A stretch of 64,000 nucleotides of DNA, taken from a virus. The notes under the pieces were generated by a model, which saw only the letters and a program-made list of their open reading frames with translations, was not told where the DNA came from and made no database searches. The position numbers and the translations under genes were made by a program. Positions 28,125-36,712 of this stretch are shown here, piece by piece. Within the stretch, counting starts at the first letter, position 1; every line of letters starts with the position of its first letter. The stretch is from IMG/VR virus record IMGVR_UViG_3300022934_000003. One strand, written 5' to 3'.

Positions 28125-28269
28125 AAAATTAGAGCAACCATATAATAGTTTAGTTGTATTAAAACTAGCTGATATGATAGACACTATGATAGAAGATGGT
28201 GTTTTAGATGAATCTGATGCACAAATAGCTGAAAATATCGAATTTATTTGCAAATTACCAAAAAAATAA
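28096..28269 (+). CDS. 57-aa hypothetical protein
   Basis: Hand-translated MNELLIELFEKLEQP... Confidence 0.45.
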   Translation: MNELLIELFEKLEQPYNSLVVLKLADMIDTMIEDGVLDESDAQIAENIEFICKLPKK

Positions 28270-28282
28270 TTGAAAATAATTC

Positions 28283-28295
28283 TAAGTTATTGATT
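28283..28295. promoter_or_regulatory. IHF-consensus site
   Basis: TAAGTTATTGATT, 28 nt upstream of the -35 box. Confidence 0.55.
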
Positions 28296-28323
28296 TTTAA
28301 TGAAAACTTTTTTCACAAAAAGG

Positions 28324-28361
28324 TTGACATCTTCTTGAAACTAGTGTATAATATAACTATA
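28324..28361 (+). promoter_or_regulatory. Conserved 38-bp early promoter, copy 4
   Basis: 2 mismatches to copy 1. Confidence 0.9.
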
Positions 28362-28383
28362 AAATAAAAAATTAGGAGATATT

Positions 28384-28662
28384 ATGCGATACTACGAACC
28401 CAACTACAATCCTACTGATGCTGAGAAATACGCTGCCCATCTTGGTCGTATTCTTATGGATTATTCAATGAACATGCCTATGAAAGGCTTATCAAATGAC
28501 GAGGTCGCTCGTTCTAATCGTATGTCTGCTTTTGGTGATAGACTTACTCGTATCGGTTCAGAGTTTGGACCAAAAACCTTTAATGATGTAATCGAATCTG
28601 CTGGTGTCACTATGACAGAAGCAAAAGAATTTCTTAAACTAGCTAAAAAGGAGGACAAATAA
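28384..28662 (+). CDS. Hypothetical early protein
   Basis: SD AGGAG. Confidence 0.65.
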   Translation: MRYYEPNYNPTDAEKYAAHLGRILMDYSMNMPMKGLSNDEVARSNRMSAFGDRLTRIGSEFGPKTFNDVIESAGVTMTEAKEFLKLAKKEDK

Positions 28663-28663
28663 A

Positions 28664-28810
28664 ATGTCAGCAATTAGCGATATTATTATTGATATTCAGG
28701 AAATGCTTGCGGAAGGTTTTCCTTCTCTAGCGATTGCTCAAGCTCTGGAAATTCCAGTAGAATGGGTTGAAGAAGAAAAAGATAAGATGAGACGTGAAGG
28801 AGATTTATAA
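28664..28810 (+). CDS. 48-aa HTH-like hypothetical protein
   Basis: MSAISDIIIDIQEMLAEGFPSLAIAQALEIPVEWVE; SD GGAGG. Confidence 0.5.
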   Translation: MSAISDIIIDIQEMLAEGFPSLAIAQALEIPVEWVEEEKDKMRREGDL

Positions 28811-29154
28811 TGAAATACACATTTGATGAAAATATTTTTTCTGATCTATATAAAGATGCTTATGGTGTTCGTCCTCGTGGACATGCATTCTATACTGCTT
28901 CAAATGAAGAGAAGCAAAAAATATGGGATGATACTTTACAAGCTCAGATAGATAATGAAAAATTCGAAAGAGCAGTTGAAAAAGAATGTATTAATAAGTT
29001 TGAAAAAACTGTAGATCATTTAATTAAAATTGGAGCTAATAAACGTTCTACTGCTATTCGTTGGATGATGGATGCAAGTGATGCTGCCGGTGATTGGGAT
29101 TACTTCTCTTATCAAAATAACTTACCTTACGATTATCTTAAGGAGGCTTCATGA
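28810..29154 (+). CDS. Conserved phage early hypothetical protein
   Basis: SDLYKDAYGVRPR motif common in T4-like early genes. Confidence 0.7.
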   Translation: MKYTFDENIFSDLYKDAYGVRPRGHAFYTASNEEKQKIWDDTLQAQIDNEKFERAVEKECINKFEKTVDHLIKIGANKRSTAIRWMMDASDAAGDWDYFSYQNNLPYDYLKEAS

Positions 29155-29330
29155 ATATAGAAGAGTTTGAAACAGTATTAAAAAATCATGATTGGTTTTC
29201 TGCTATGAGTGATGATCATAGAGTATGGAAACGCGGTCAGGAAGAGTTTGCAAAAATTCGTGAGATAGTTAAAGAAAACCCACAATTTGAAAATATTTTT
29301 AATCAATATGTAGAAGAGAGGATGATATAA
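29151..29330 (+). CDS. 59-aa hypothetical protein
   Basis: LKNHDW...SDDHRVW.RG motif; SD GGAGG. Confidence 0.6.
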   Translation: MNIEEFETVLKNHDWFSAMSDDHRVWKRGQEEFAKIREIVKENPQFENIFNQYVEERMI

Positions 29331-29331
29331 A

Positions 29332-29589
29332 ATGGCAGAACTAAAAAGAACCCCATGTTACAAATTTACAGTTCAAATGAAAGAAGGAAAACCAGTTGGT
29401 AATGACGCTAAATTAGTTGAACTATTACGCCAAAATGTTAAAGCAGAAAATGTTTTTGCAAAGCGTGGTAAAAAGAAATATGTTAAATTGCAAGGACGAG
29501 GCCATCGTTATGGTAGCCGTCGTTTTTGTCGAAGTCTTCCGCTATCATTAGCAGAAAGAGCAGATGTTTATGTTTATGATCGCTATTAA
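29332..29589 (+). CDS. Basic hypothetical protein
   Basis: VKLQGRG...ADVYVY.R. Confidence 0.6.
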   Translation: MAELKRTPCYKFTVQMKEGKPVGNDAKLVELLRQNVKAENVFAKRGKKKYVKLQGRGHRYGSRRFCRSLPLSLAERADVYVYDRY

Positions 29590-29593
29590 TTAG

Positions 29594-29622
29594 TTGACAT
29601 TTACAAAAAAACATGTTATAAT
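29594..29622 (+). promoter_or_regulatory. Sigma70 promoter heading the DNA-modification operon
   Basis: TTGACA-N17-TATAAT. Confidence 0.8.
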
Positions 29623-29657
29623 ATACTATTAAATACTTCGCGATACAAAAATATACT

Positions 29658-30296
29658 ATGAATATAAAAGCAGAAACGAAAGGTCAAGAGACTTTTAATG
29701 TTGATGGTGAATATACACCACTCATTAATGGAATAAGGCAAGTAATGCCAGAATTACAAAAAGTTTGGAAAGAGAAGTGTATTCCAGCTTTTGAAGATTT
29801 TAAAGGTGTTAATATTGTCGAATATTTTGATTCATTACCAGTTTCACAACGATCAGTAGAAATGAGTAAACAACTTGGTGATTCAATTAATAATTATATG
29901 GAAAAGCTTTTAATTGAATTGGGTGTTGGCATTCGAGTTGAACAAGAAGATGGATATGATTGGGTATACACTAACAATCGTGAAACTAAAATTGAAGATA
30001 AAAATGCAATGTCTCAAAAGCCAGATAATAGACAATGGGTTGGTAATAGTGGCAGTGGTAGGAAAGTTCCTATGCACCTACTAAAGAAATTTAAGATTAA
30101 TGATAAACTTGAAATCATTGGTGCTCATGCTTCATTAGTTAATCTTGATAATACAACTCAATACTGGGTAAATAGTGCTGGTGCAAGATCAACACTTTCG
30201 TTTAATTGGAATGATATCAATGGTATTATTCCTGCTTATGGACACTGGGATGGTAAAAAGAAAAACTTATTCCCACGTTTTGAATCAATCAATTAA
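29658..30296 (+). CDS. Putative PD-(D/E)XK restriction-like endonuclease
   Basis: E-helix ...DGYDW...IEDK spacing consistent with a D...(D/E)xK active site. Confidence 0.4.
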   Translation: MNIKAETKGQETFNVDGEYTPLINGIRQVMPELQKVWKEKCIPAFEDFKGVNIVEYFDSLPVSQRSVEMSKQLGDSINNYMEKLLIELGVGIRVEQEDGYDWVYTNNRETKIEDKNAMSQKPDNRQWVGNSGSGRKVPMHLLKKFKINDKLEIIGAHASLVNLDNTTQYWVNSAGARSTLSFNWNDINGIIPAYGHWDGKKKNLFPRFESIN

Positions 30297-30308
30297 AGGT
30301 TATATGGC

Positions 30309-30698
30309 ATGAAACAAAAAGTAACAAAAACTCCCGAAGCTTCAGTAAAGTATTCTAAAAATACTCCTGAGGCTGTAAAAGTACTTCAAGAGTGTATTGA
30401 TTTACAACTTAAAAAATCTAGAGATTATCAAAATCCAAACTCACCAATCAAACAAGCAGATTATTATCCAAGTGGTGTACAAACAATTTATGAAGTTATG
30501 TGGGCTAAAATGCTTCGTATGAAATCTGTTATGGAAGCAATGAAAGCTTCTGATGGATATGATCCTAATTTTGAAAGCCTAGAAGACAGCGCTAAAGATC
30601 TTGCTAACTATGCAAGCTTCTTTGTTTCTTATTGTCGTGGAGGTATTGGAGGACAAACTGAAGGTAAAGATATTTTCAATAAACCAATAAAGAAATAA
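30309..30698 (+). CDS. Nucleotide-modification-associated domain protein (DUF1599-like)
   Basis: L.EC..LQ.KK..DY...K..R...ESLEDS..DL.NY. Confidence 0.75.
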   Translation: MKQKVTKTPEASVKYSKNTPEAVKVLQECIDLQLKKSRDYQNPNSPIKQADYYPSGVQTIYEVMWAKMLRMKSVMEAMKASDGYDPNFESLEDSAKDLANYASFFVSYCRGGIGGQTEGKDIFNKPIKK

Positions 30699-30710
30699 AG
30701 AGGTAATATT

Positions 30711-31406
30711 ATGATGAACGTTGCTGATATTAAAAATTACTTTGTTGGTGAACTTGAAGCTCAACGCTTTACCGTAGATAAAACTGGTGCAAAAACTATT
30801 GAGATGCTTGGTGCATCTTTTAAAGCAGATAAACCAGCCATTTTTGGAGTACCTTCTGATGAGTATATACAAAAAGAAATCGCGTGGTATGAAAAGCAAT
30901 CAACCAACATTAATGACATCTATGGTGAAGAACGTGATGCTCCTGCTGCTTGGAAATATGCTGCTGATGCTTATGGGAATATTAATAGTAATTATGGAAA
31001 AATAGTTTTTTCTGATCAATACTATAATCAATTTGAAAATGCATTAAATGAACTGAGAAACAATCCAGACTCTCGTAGAGCTGAAATGGTTTATAACCGT
31101 CCAAGTATTTGGAAAGAGTTTGATGAGAATGGTAAATCAGATTTTATTTGTACTAATGCACAAACATTCTATATTCGTGATGGTAAACTTCATTTGGTTT
31201 CTCAAATGAGATCTAATGATGTTGTATTTGGTTATAAAAATGATTATGCTTGGGCTCAATATCTAATGGATAAAATGGTTACTGCATATAATGATACTAT
31301 AGATCTAGATAGTGATTACATTACTAAAGGCGATCTTATTTGGCAAGTACAAAACTTACACGTTTACGAAAGACATTTTGAATTAGTTGAAGCGTATGGG
31401 ATGTAA
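30711..31406 (+). CDS. dCMP hydroxymethylase (T4 gp42-like, thymidylate synthase fold)
   Basis: INSNYG, SRRA, SDFICTN catalytic Cys, MRSNDVVFGYKNDYAW (Asp at the dCMP-specificity position, as in T4 RND), LHVYERHF. Confidence 0.88.
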   Translation: MMNVADIKNYFVGELEAQRFTVDKTGAKTIEMLGASFKADKPAIFGVPSDEYIQKEIAWYEKQSTNINDIYGEERDAPAAWKYAADAYGNINSNYGKIVFSDQYYNQFENALNELRNNPDSRRAEMVYNRPSIWKEFDENGKSDFICTNAQTFYIRDGKLHLVSQMRSNDVVFGYKNDYAWAQYLMDKMVTAYNDTIDLDSDYITKGDLIWQVQNLHVYERHFELVEAYGM

Positions 31407-31408
31407 TT

Positions 31409-31582
31409 ATGGCTAAATATAATATACAAATAACAAAAGACGGAAAATTTTCAGCGAATGCATGTATGGTAATTAATGAAGATCATAATACATACGTGCA
31501 TGAATGTCCATTGTTTGATACTATTGATGAAGTACAAACATGGATTATTGAAAACGCTAAATATATAACAGAATGTAAATAA
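31409..31582 (+). CDS. 57-aa hypothetical protein
   Basis: Hand-translated; fills an operon gap. Confidence 0.45.
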   Translation: MAKYNIQITKDGKFSANACMVINEDHNTYVHECPLFDTIDEVQTWIIENAKYITECK

Positions 31583-31869
31583 TGAAAAAATCACCTATTA
31601 ATAATATGCAGCAATTGTTAGCAATTACTGCTGAGGAATGTGGAGAATTAACTCAAGCTTGCATGAAAATAATGAGAATGAATAATACCAAACAAGGAAT
31701 GTTTGATAATAACGAGTATTATAATTCTTTATTAGATGAAGTTGGAGATGTTGCTTGTATGATTGGGTTACTTATAGAGCACGGATTTGTAGATGAAGAT
31801 GTTATAACAAACCGTGCAATAGCTAAAAGAGAAAAGTTAAGACAATGGAGTACATTAATTAATGACTGA
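31582..31869 (+). CDS. MazG-like nucleotide pyrophosphohydrolase
   Basis: AEECGELTQA..K...L.DEVGDV. Confidence 0.8.
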   Translation: MKKSPINNMQQLLAITAEECGELTQACMKIMRMNNTKQGMFDNNEYYNSLLDEVGDVACMIGLLIEHGFVDEDVITNRAIAKREKLRQWSTLIND

Positions 31870-32311
31870 TAAGTGGGATAAGCGATTTATGAATGTCGCA
31901 AGAGAAATCTCTACGTGGAGTAAAGATCCAAGTACTAAAATTGGTGCTATCATTGTTAATGATGAAAGACGTATTCTTGCAACTGGTTATAATGGTTTTC
32001 CAAAAGGTATTGAAGATACTGATGAAAGACTATATAATAAAGAACAAAAATATACTCGCGTAATTCATGCAGAAATGAATGCTCTTATGAATGCATTATA
32101 TAATGGAGTATCAGTTAAAGATTCTACTTTATACGTATGGGGTTTACCAGTTTGTTCTGAATGTGCAAAGAATGTTATCCAAGCTGGTATTAAAAGAGTT
32201 GTAATTCCCGATTATGAAGTTATAGATTTAAGATGGGAAAAAGTTTGGTTAACTAAATCTCAGCCAATGTTTGAAGAAGCGGGTTTACAAATCTCGTATT
32301 TGGAGTTATAA
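31862..32311 (+). CDS. dCMP deaminase
   Basis: [28 protein letters not shown]. Confidence 0.92.
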   Translation: MTDKWDKRFMNVAREISTWSKDPSTKIGAIIVNDERRILATGYNGFPKGIEDTDERLYNKEQKYTRVIHAEMNALMNALYNGVSVKDSTLYVWGLPVCSECAKNVIQAGIKRVVIPDYEVIDLRWEKVWLTKSQPMFEEAGLQISYLEL

Positions 32312-32318
32312 TAGTATT

Positions 32319-32651
32319 ATGAGTTATTTAGTTATAGATAATTGTGTTAAATGTAAGCACACTGATTGTGTTGAGGTTTGTCCTGTAGACTGCTTTTATG
32401 AAGGACCTGATATGTTAGTAATCAATCCAAGCGAATGTATTGATTGTGGTGTATGTGAACCTGAATGTCCTGTTGATGCAATTGTGTTAGAAACAGATTT
32501 AAAAGAAGATGAACGTAAGTTATGGACAGAAAGAAATGAAAAGTATTCTGAAATCTGGCCTAATATTGTAGATAAAAAAGATCCTCCATTTGATTTTGAT
32601 GAGTGGGAGGGTGTACCTAATAAGTTTGAAAAATTTGTGGAGCCAAAATGA
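32319..32651 (+). CDS. fdxA: 7Fe ferredoxin, FdxA type (start corrected to MSYLV)
   Basis: [21 protein letters not shown]...[16 protein letters not shown]...WPNI. Confidence 0.9.
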   Translation: MSYLVIDNCVKCKHTDCVEVCPVDCFYEGPDMLVINPSECIDCGVCEPECPVDAIVLETDLKEDERKLWTERNEKYSEIWPNIVDKKDPPFDFDEWEGVPNKFEKFVEPK

Positions 32652-33745
32652 AAAAAGTTTTAATTACTGGAATGAATAAATTACAATGTACAAAAGATTT
32701 CTTTTTGCAACAACAATTGCAAGTTGTACCTTCTCACTATTCTGTTATTCGTTCTCTTGAAGATATGGGTTATCAAGTAGAACAAAGACCTGTAGCACTT
32801 GGTGAAGATCTATCTGGTTATGATGAGGTTATTGTTTATATTCATAGTATTCAATCGTTTTGTCAATTCATTTGGTCTGGTTTATATGCAGTACATGCCC
32901 GCCCTAATTGTATTATTGCCTTTGATGATTGGCAATTTAATCAAATCTATGGAGCCATTCAAACATATAAAGAGAACCTCGAGAATGACGATCCAGGTGT
33001 TTTTAGACAATACCTATTTGATCTATGGCAGGGTAAAGAAGATAAAGAAACAGTGATGAAATATAAAGACGCATATATTGATGGCTGTAATATTATTACA
33101 AGTAAACAAAATAGATTATTAGTAAGTGCATTCGCTGGTGGTGATTTATCAACACTAGAATTAGGATGGAGTCCAGAAAATACATACACATTTAATCCAA
33201 ATCCATATCATCTTAATCGTCGTGCAGACAATGGATATGGAACTGGAACAGTGGGATTAGATAATTTCTTTGGTGATACACCAGAAAAAGAAATGAAATG
33301 GAACTTCGCTTCTCTAGTGCAAGAGAAAACGAGGAAATGGTTAAAGGCACAGCAACCTGACGATTGGAAGTGGGAAATTGTTTATTATGGCGCTAAGCGC
33401 GGAAAATACAAGTCAGAGCGTAAAACTGAGCCCGAGATGGTGAAGGTATTCGAACAACAGTGGGGTTGTTTAATGCCAGGATACTTTCACGCAGGATCCG
33501 GGTGGTGGCGAGCACGCCCGCTTCAGGTTGCCGATGCCGGTTCTATTATCATTGGTGATAAACCAGAAATGATGGTATATTATCAAGATGATTATTTAGC
33601 GGGACTAAAAGTTTCAGATGTAGAAGCAATGGATCTTACACAACTTAAACAAACTGCTCAAGCACAAAGAGATGCATTATATGATAATCATCCTCTAGAT
33701 AAAAAAGTACAACAAGAAGAAATGAAGAATATTTTAGAAGCATGA
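32648..33745 (+). CDS. GT-B fold glycosyltransferase (DNA beta-glucosyltransferase-like)
   Basis: N-terminal Rossmann strand KKVLITG; C-terminal [19 protein letters not shown] parallels T4 BGT LRVWETMASDAVMLID; genomic context. Confidence 0.55.
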   Translation: MKKVLITGMNKLQCTKDFFLQQQLQVVPSHYSVIRSLEDMGYQVEQRPVALGEDLSGYDEVIVYIHSIQSFCQFIWSGLYAVHARPNCIIAFDDWQFNQIYGAIQTYKENLENDDPGVFRQYLFDLWQGKEDKETVMKYKDAYIDGCNIITSKQNRLLVSAFAGGDLSTLELGWSPENTYTFNPNPYHLNRRADNGYGTGTVGLDNFFGDTPEKEMKWNFASLVQEKTRKWLKAQQPDDWKWEIVYYGAKRGKYKSERKTEPEMVKVFEQQWGCLMPGYFHAGSGWWRARPLQVADAGSIIIGDKPEMMVYYQDDYLAGLKVSDVEAMDLTQLKQTAQAQRDALYDNHPLDKKVQQEEMKNILEA

Positions 33746-34761
33746 ATATATTAGTAGTAGGCGCAGGATTATCAGGAGTAACAATTGCACGTGAGATGGC
33801 TGAAGCCGGACATATTGTAGATGTAATTGATAAACGCGATCATATTGCTGGTAATGCTTATGATTATATTAATGAATATGGTATTCGTGTACATCAATAT
33901 GGACCCCATTTATTTCATACAAATAATAAAGAAGTGTTTTCTTATCTTTCTAAATTTACCGAATGGGTTCCATATAAGCATAAAGTGAAAGCATTATTAG
34001 AAGATGGTCGTTATGCAACTCTACCAGTAAATAAAGAAACAAAAGAAATGGTTGGTGAATCAAATGTACTTGATATTTTCTTTAGACCATATACAAAGAA
34101 AATGTGGGGAGTTGAGCTTGATGAATTAAATCCTGATATTGTAAATCGTGTTCCAATTCGTGATGATGATAACGAATATTATTTTCCAAACGATGCATAT
34201 CAGTTTATGCCAAAAGACGGTTATACTAAAATGGTGGAAAATATTTTATCTCATATAAACATTACGGTAAAATTGAAAACAGAATACGATAAAGAAATGA
34301 ATAGTCATTATGATCATGTATTTAATTCAATGCCAATTGATCAGTATTTTGATTTTAAACATGGAGACTTACCATATCGATCTATTAAATTTGAAACTAT
34401 AACAGTACCATTACCTATAGCATTACCAACTGCTACAGTTAATTTTACTCATGATGGTCCACAAACTAGAGTAACAGAATGGAAGCGCATCCCGTTTCAT
34501 GGTATAAATAAATATCATACAACATTAACTTTTGAAACTCCGTGTGATTATAAAGATAATAATATGGAGCGTTACTATCCTATTAAAGATAAAGATGGTA
34601 CAAATAGAAAGTTATATGAACAGTATAAAAGTGAGCAACCGGATAATATGACTTTTATCGGTAGATGTGGATTATATGCGTATTTAGATATGCATCAAGC
34701 TGTAAATTCTGCATTAGCTACCGCAAAAAGATTTTTAGAGAATGAAACACGAAACCAGTGA
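33742..34761 (+). CDS. glf: UDP-galactopyranose mutase
   Basis: VVGAGLSG, HIAGNAYD, HQYGPHLFHT, YTKKMWG, YQFMPKDGY, LPYRS, TRVTE, YYP, GRCGLYAYLDM. Confidence 0.93.
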   Translation: MNILVVGAGLSGVTIAREMAEAGHIVDVIDKRDHIAGNAYDYINEYGIRVHQYGPHLFHTNNKEVFSYLSKFTEWVPYKHKVKALLEDGRYATLPVNKETKEMVGESNVLDIFFRPYTKKMWGVELDELNPDIVNRVPIRDDDNEYYFPNDAYQFMPKDGYTKMVENILSHINITVKLKTEYDKEMNSHYDHVFNSMPIDQYFDFKHGDLPYRSIKFETITVPLPIALPTATVNFTHDGPQTRVTEWKRIPFHGINKYHTTLTFETPCDYKDNNMERYYPIKDKDGTNRKLYEQYKSEQPDNMTFIGRCGLYAYLDMHQAVNSALATAKRFLENETRNQ

Positions 34762-34874
34762 AAGTATTCCTATTAAATATTTAGATCGAGCAAAATATTT
34801 GATCGATAAAGGTTATGTCGTGAAACAAAATGCTGAGAAATTAGCATATAAAATATGGAAAAAGAATAAAGATA

Positions 34875-36074
34875 ATGAGTGAGTTTACACATGCAAGTAT
34901 AGTACCTTTAATTGGTGGTGAAACAATAGGATCTGCAAATGCTTTTGGATCTCCTCCATTACATTTTATGTCATATGAAGCGTTTGCTAATAACGATCAG
35001 CATATTAGAAATTATTATAAAGATACGCCATATTACGTTTTAGATAAAGGTGATAAAATACCAGAGCAAAGAGCTGATGTAGTTTCATCGGTATGTCCTT
35101 GTGCTGGTTTATCAATGATGTCTCACGGTTATGGCGATGATAATCAAAATAATAAATGGATGGTAGAAACAGCAACTACTATTCTTGGTGATTATAGACC
35201 AAAAGTATTCTGGGGAGAAAATGCTCCAGGATTTGCTGGTAAGATTGGAAAAAATATTCGTGAACAATTAAGAGGTATTGGTAAAGAGAATGGATACACA
35301 ATGAGTGTATATCGTACTCGTTCTTTATTGCATGGTGTACCTCAGGTAAGAGAACGTTCTTTTTATTTCTTTTGGCAAGGTAATCAAGTTCCTATTTTTG
35401 ATTATTATAAAAGAGATTATACACCAATTGAAACGCTTATTCGTAATGCAAAAGGTACTCAAAATAATCCTATTAATAAAAACACACCATCTGAAAATCC
35501 ATATTACAAATATATTCTTGAAGAGATTGAAGGTGGTAAAACACATGCTCAACATTCCAATTCAGTTCCTCCAACATCAGCAAGAGGTGTAGATGCTTTT
35601 TCTTATATTGAAAGAGCAGGTAAAGATTATAGCCAAGTTGGTAAATGGATGGGTGAAAATGGATTTGAAAAAGAAGTAGAAAAATGTGAATACAAATATG
35701 ATAAACTAAAAGCCGGTAAAAGTATTATGAGACGTGGAGTAATTATTCCTAAAGATCGTATTGGTGCTTTTGTTGGTCATTATCCTACAATGCTTACACA
35801 TCCAGATGAGGATAGATTTATTACATATCGAGAAGCTATGTCTATTATGGGATTGCCAGAAGATTTTGAATTAGTAGATGCTAGTAAAAAGAATGCTAAT
35901 CATATTTGTCAAAACGTTCCTGTAAAAACTGCTCAAGATATGGCGCATGAAGTATTACAAACTTTAAAAGGTAAAAGAAAAATGGTTGACACGGAGTACG
36001 TTTTGCAGTATAATACTACTAATAAGCTTGAATTTGATGAGAGCTTAAGTACCCTAGAGGATTTTTTAGTATGA
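34875..36074 (+). CDS. Divergent DNA cytosine-C5 methyltransferase
   Basis: Motif IV CPCAGLS, motif VI ENAPG, motif VIII PQVRER, motif IX/X HPDEDRFITYREA...GLPEDF...QNVP; atypical motif I IVPLIGG. Confidence 0.8.
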   Translation: MSEFTHASIVPLIGGETIGSANAFGSPPLHFMSYEAFANNDQHIRNYYKDTPYYVLDKGDKIPEQRADVVSSVCPCAGLSMMSHGYGDDNQNNKWMVETATTILGDYRPKVFWGENAPGFAGKIGKNIREQLRGIGKENGYTMSVYRTRSLLHGVPQVRERSFYFFWQGNQVPIFDYYKRDYTPIETLIRNAKGTQNNPINKNTPSENPYYKYILEEIEGGKTHAQHSNSVPPTSARGVDAFSYIERAGKDYSQVGKWMGENGFEKEVEKCEYKYDKLKAGKSIMRRGVIIPKDRIGAFVGHYPTMLTHPDEDRFITYREAMSIMGLPEDFELVDASKKNANHICQNVPVKTAQDMAHEVLQTLKGKRKMVDTEYVLQYNTTNKLEFDESLSTLEDFLV

Positions 36075-36700
36075 GAACAGACTTTATTTTAGACTTTGAA
36101 ACTATTGGACAAGTTGCATCGGAGGTTCCAGCAATTGAATGTTCATATACAACATTTGTATGGGATCGTTTTTTAGAAGATCCATATACATTTGAAGAGC
36201 TTGTTTCAAAAATAAAAAAAGATAAACTTTCTATTTCGGATCAAATGAAAAATTATGATTTTAAATATAAAGAGGATGATCTTAAATGGTGGATGAATCA
36301 ATCACCTGAAGTAAGAAAGTTGCTTAAACCAAAAGATAGTGATCTTACAGTACCTCAATTTATTGAACGTATGATAGAATATTTGAGAACATCTGATAAG
36401 ATTGAATATTGGTGGGCTAGAGCAAATGGTTTTGATCCAGTTATATTAGATCATTTGTCTCGTTCTGCTAATAAAGATTTATTACTCAATGAGTATATTC
36501 CTTATTGGAGAGTAAGAGACACTCGCACATTTATTGATGCGAAGTTTAATTTTACAACAAGAAACGGTTTTGTACCAATTGCAGATGAAGAGCATTGGAA
36601 TAAAATTTTTAATGCACATGATAGTACTCATGATGTGGCGGCTGATGTTCTACGATTACAAGCTATTCATAGAGCAGAAAATGATTTAGAACAAGTATAA
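36071..36700 (+). CDS. dexA: DexA-like 3'-5' exonuclease (DEDD)
   Basis: LDFET, WARANGFD, RDTRT, HDSTHDVAAD. Confidence 0.85.
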   Translation: MRTDFILDFETIGQVASEVPAIECSYTTFVWDRFLEDPYTFEELVSKIKKDKLSISDQMKNYDFKYKEDDLKWWMNQSPEVRKLLKPKDSDLTVPQFIERMIEYLRTSDKIEYWWARANGFDPVILDHLSRSANKDLLLNEYIPYWRVRDTRTFIDAKFNFTTRNGFVPIADEEHWNKIFNAHDSTHDVAADVLRLQAIHRAENDLEQV

Positions 36701-36712
36701 GGTAGCGTAAAT

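Noticed and set aside
30711-31406. Calling this gene thymidylate synthase (thyA)
   Set aside because: It has Asp (KND) at the pyrimidine-specificity position and gp42-like DFICTN and RSNDVVFG motifs, indicating a dCMP-modifying enzyme.
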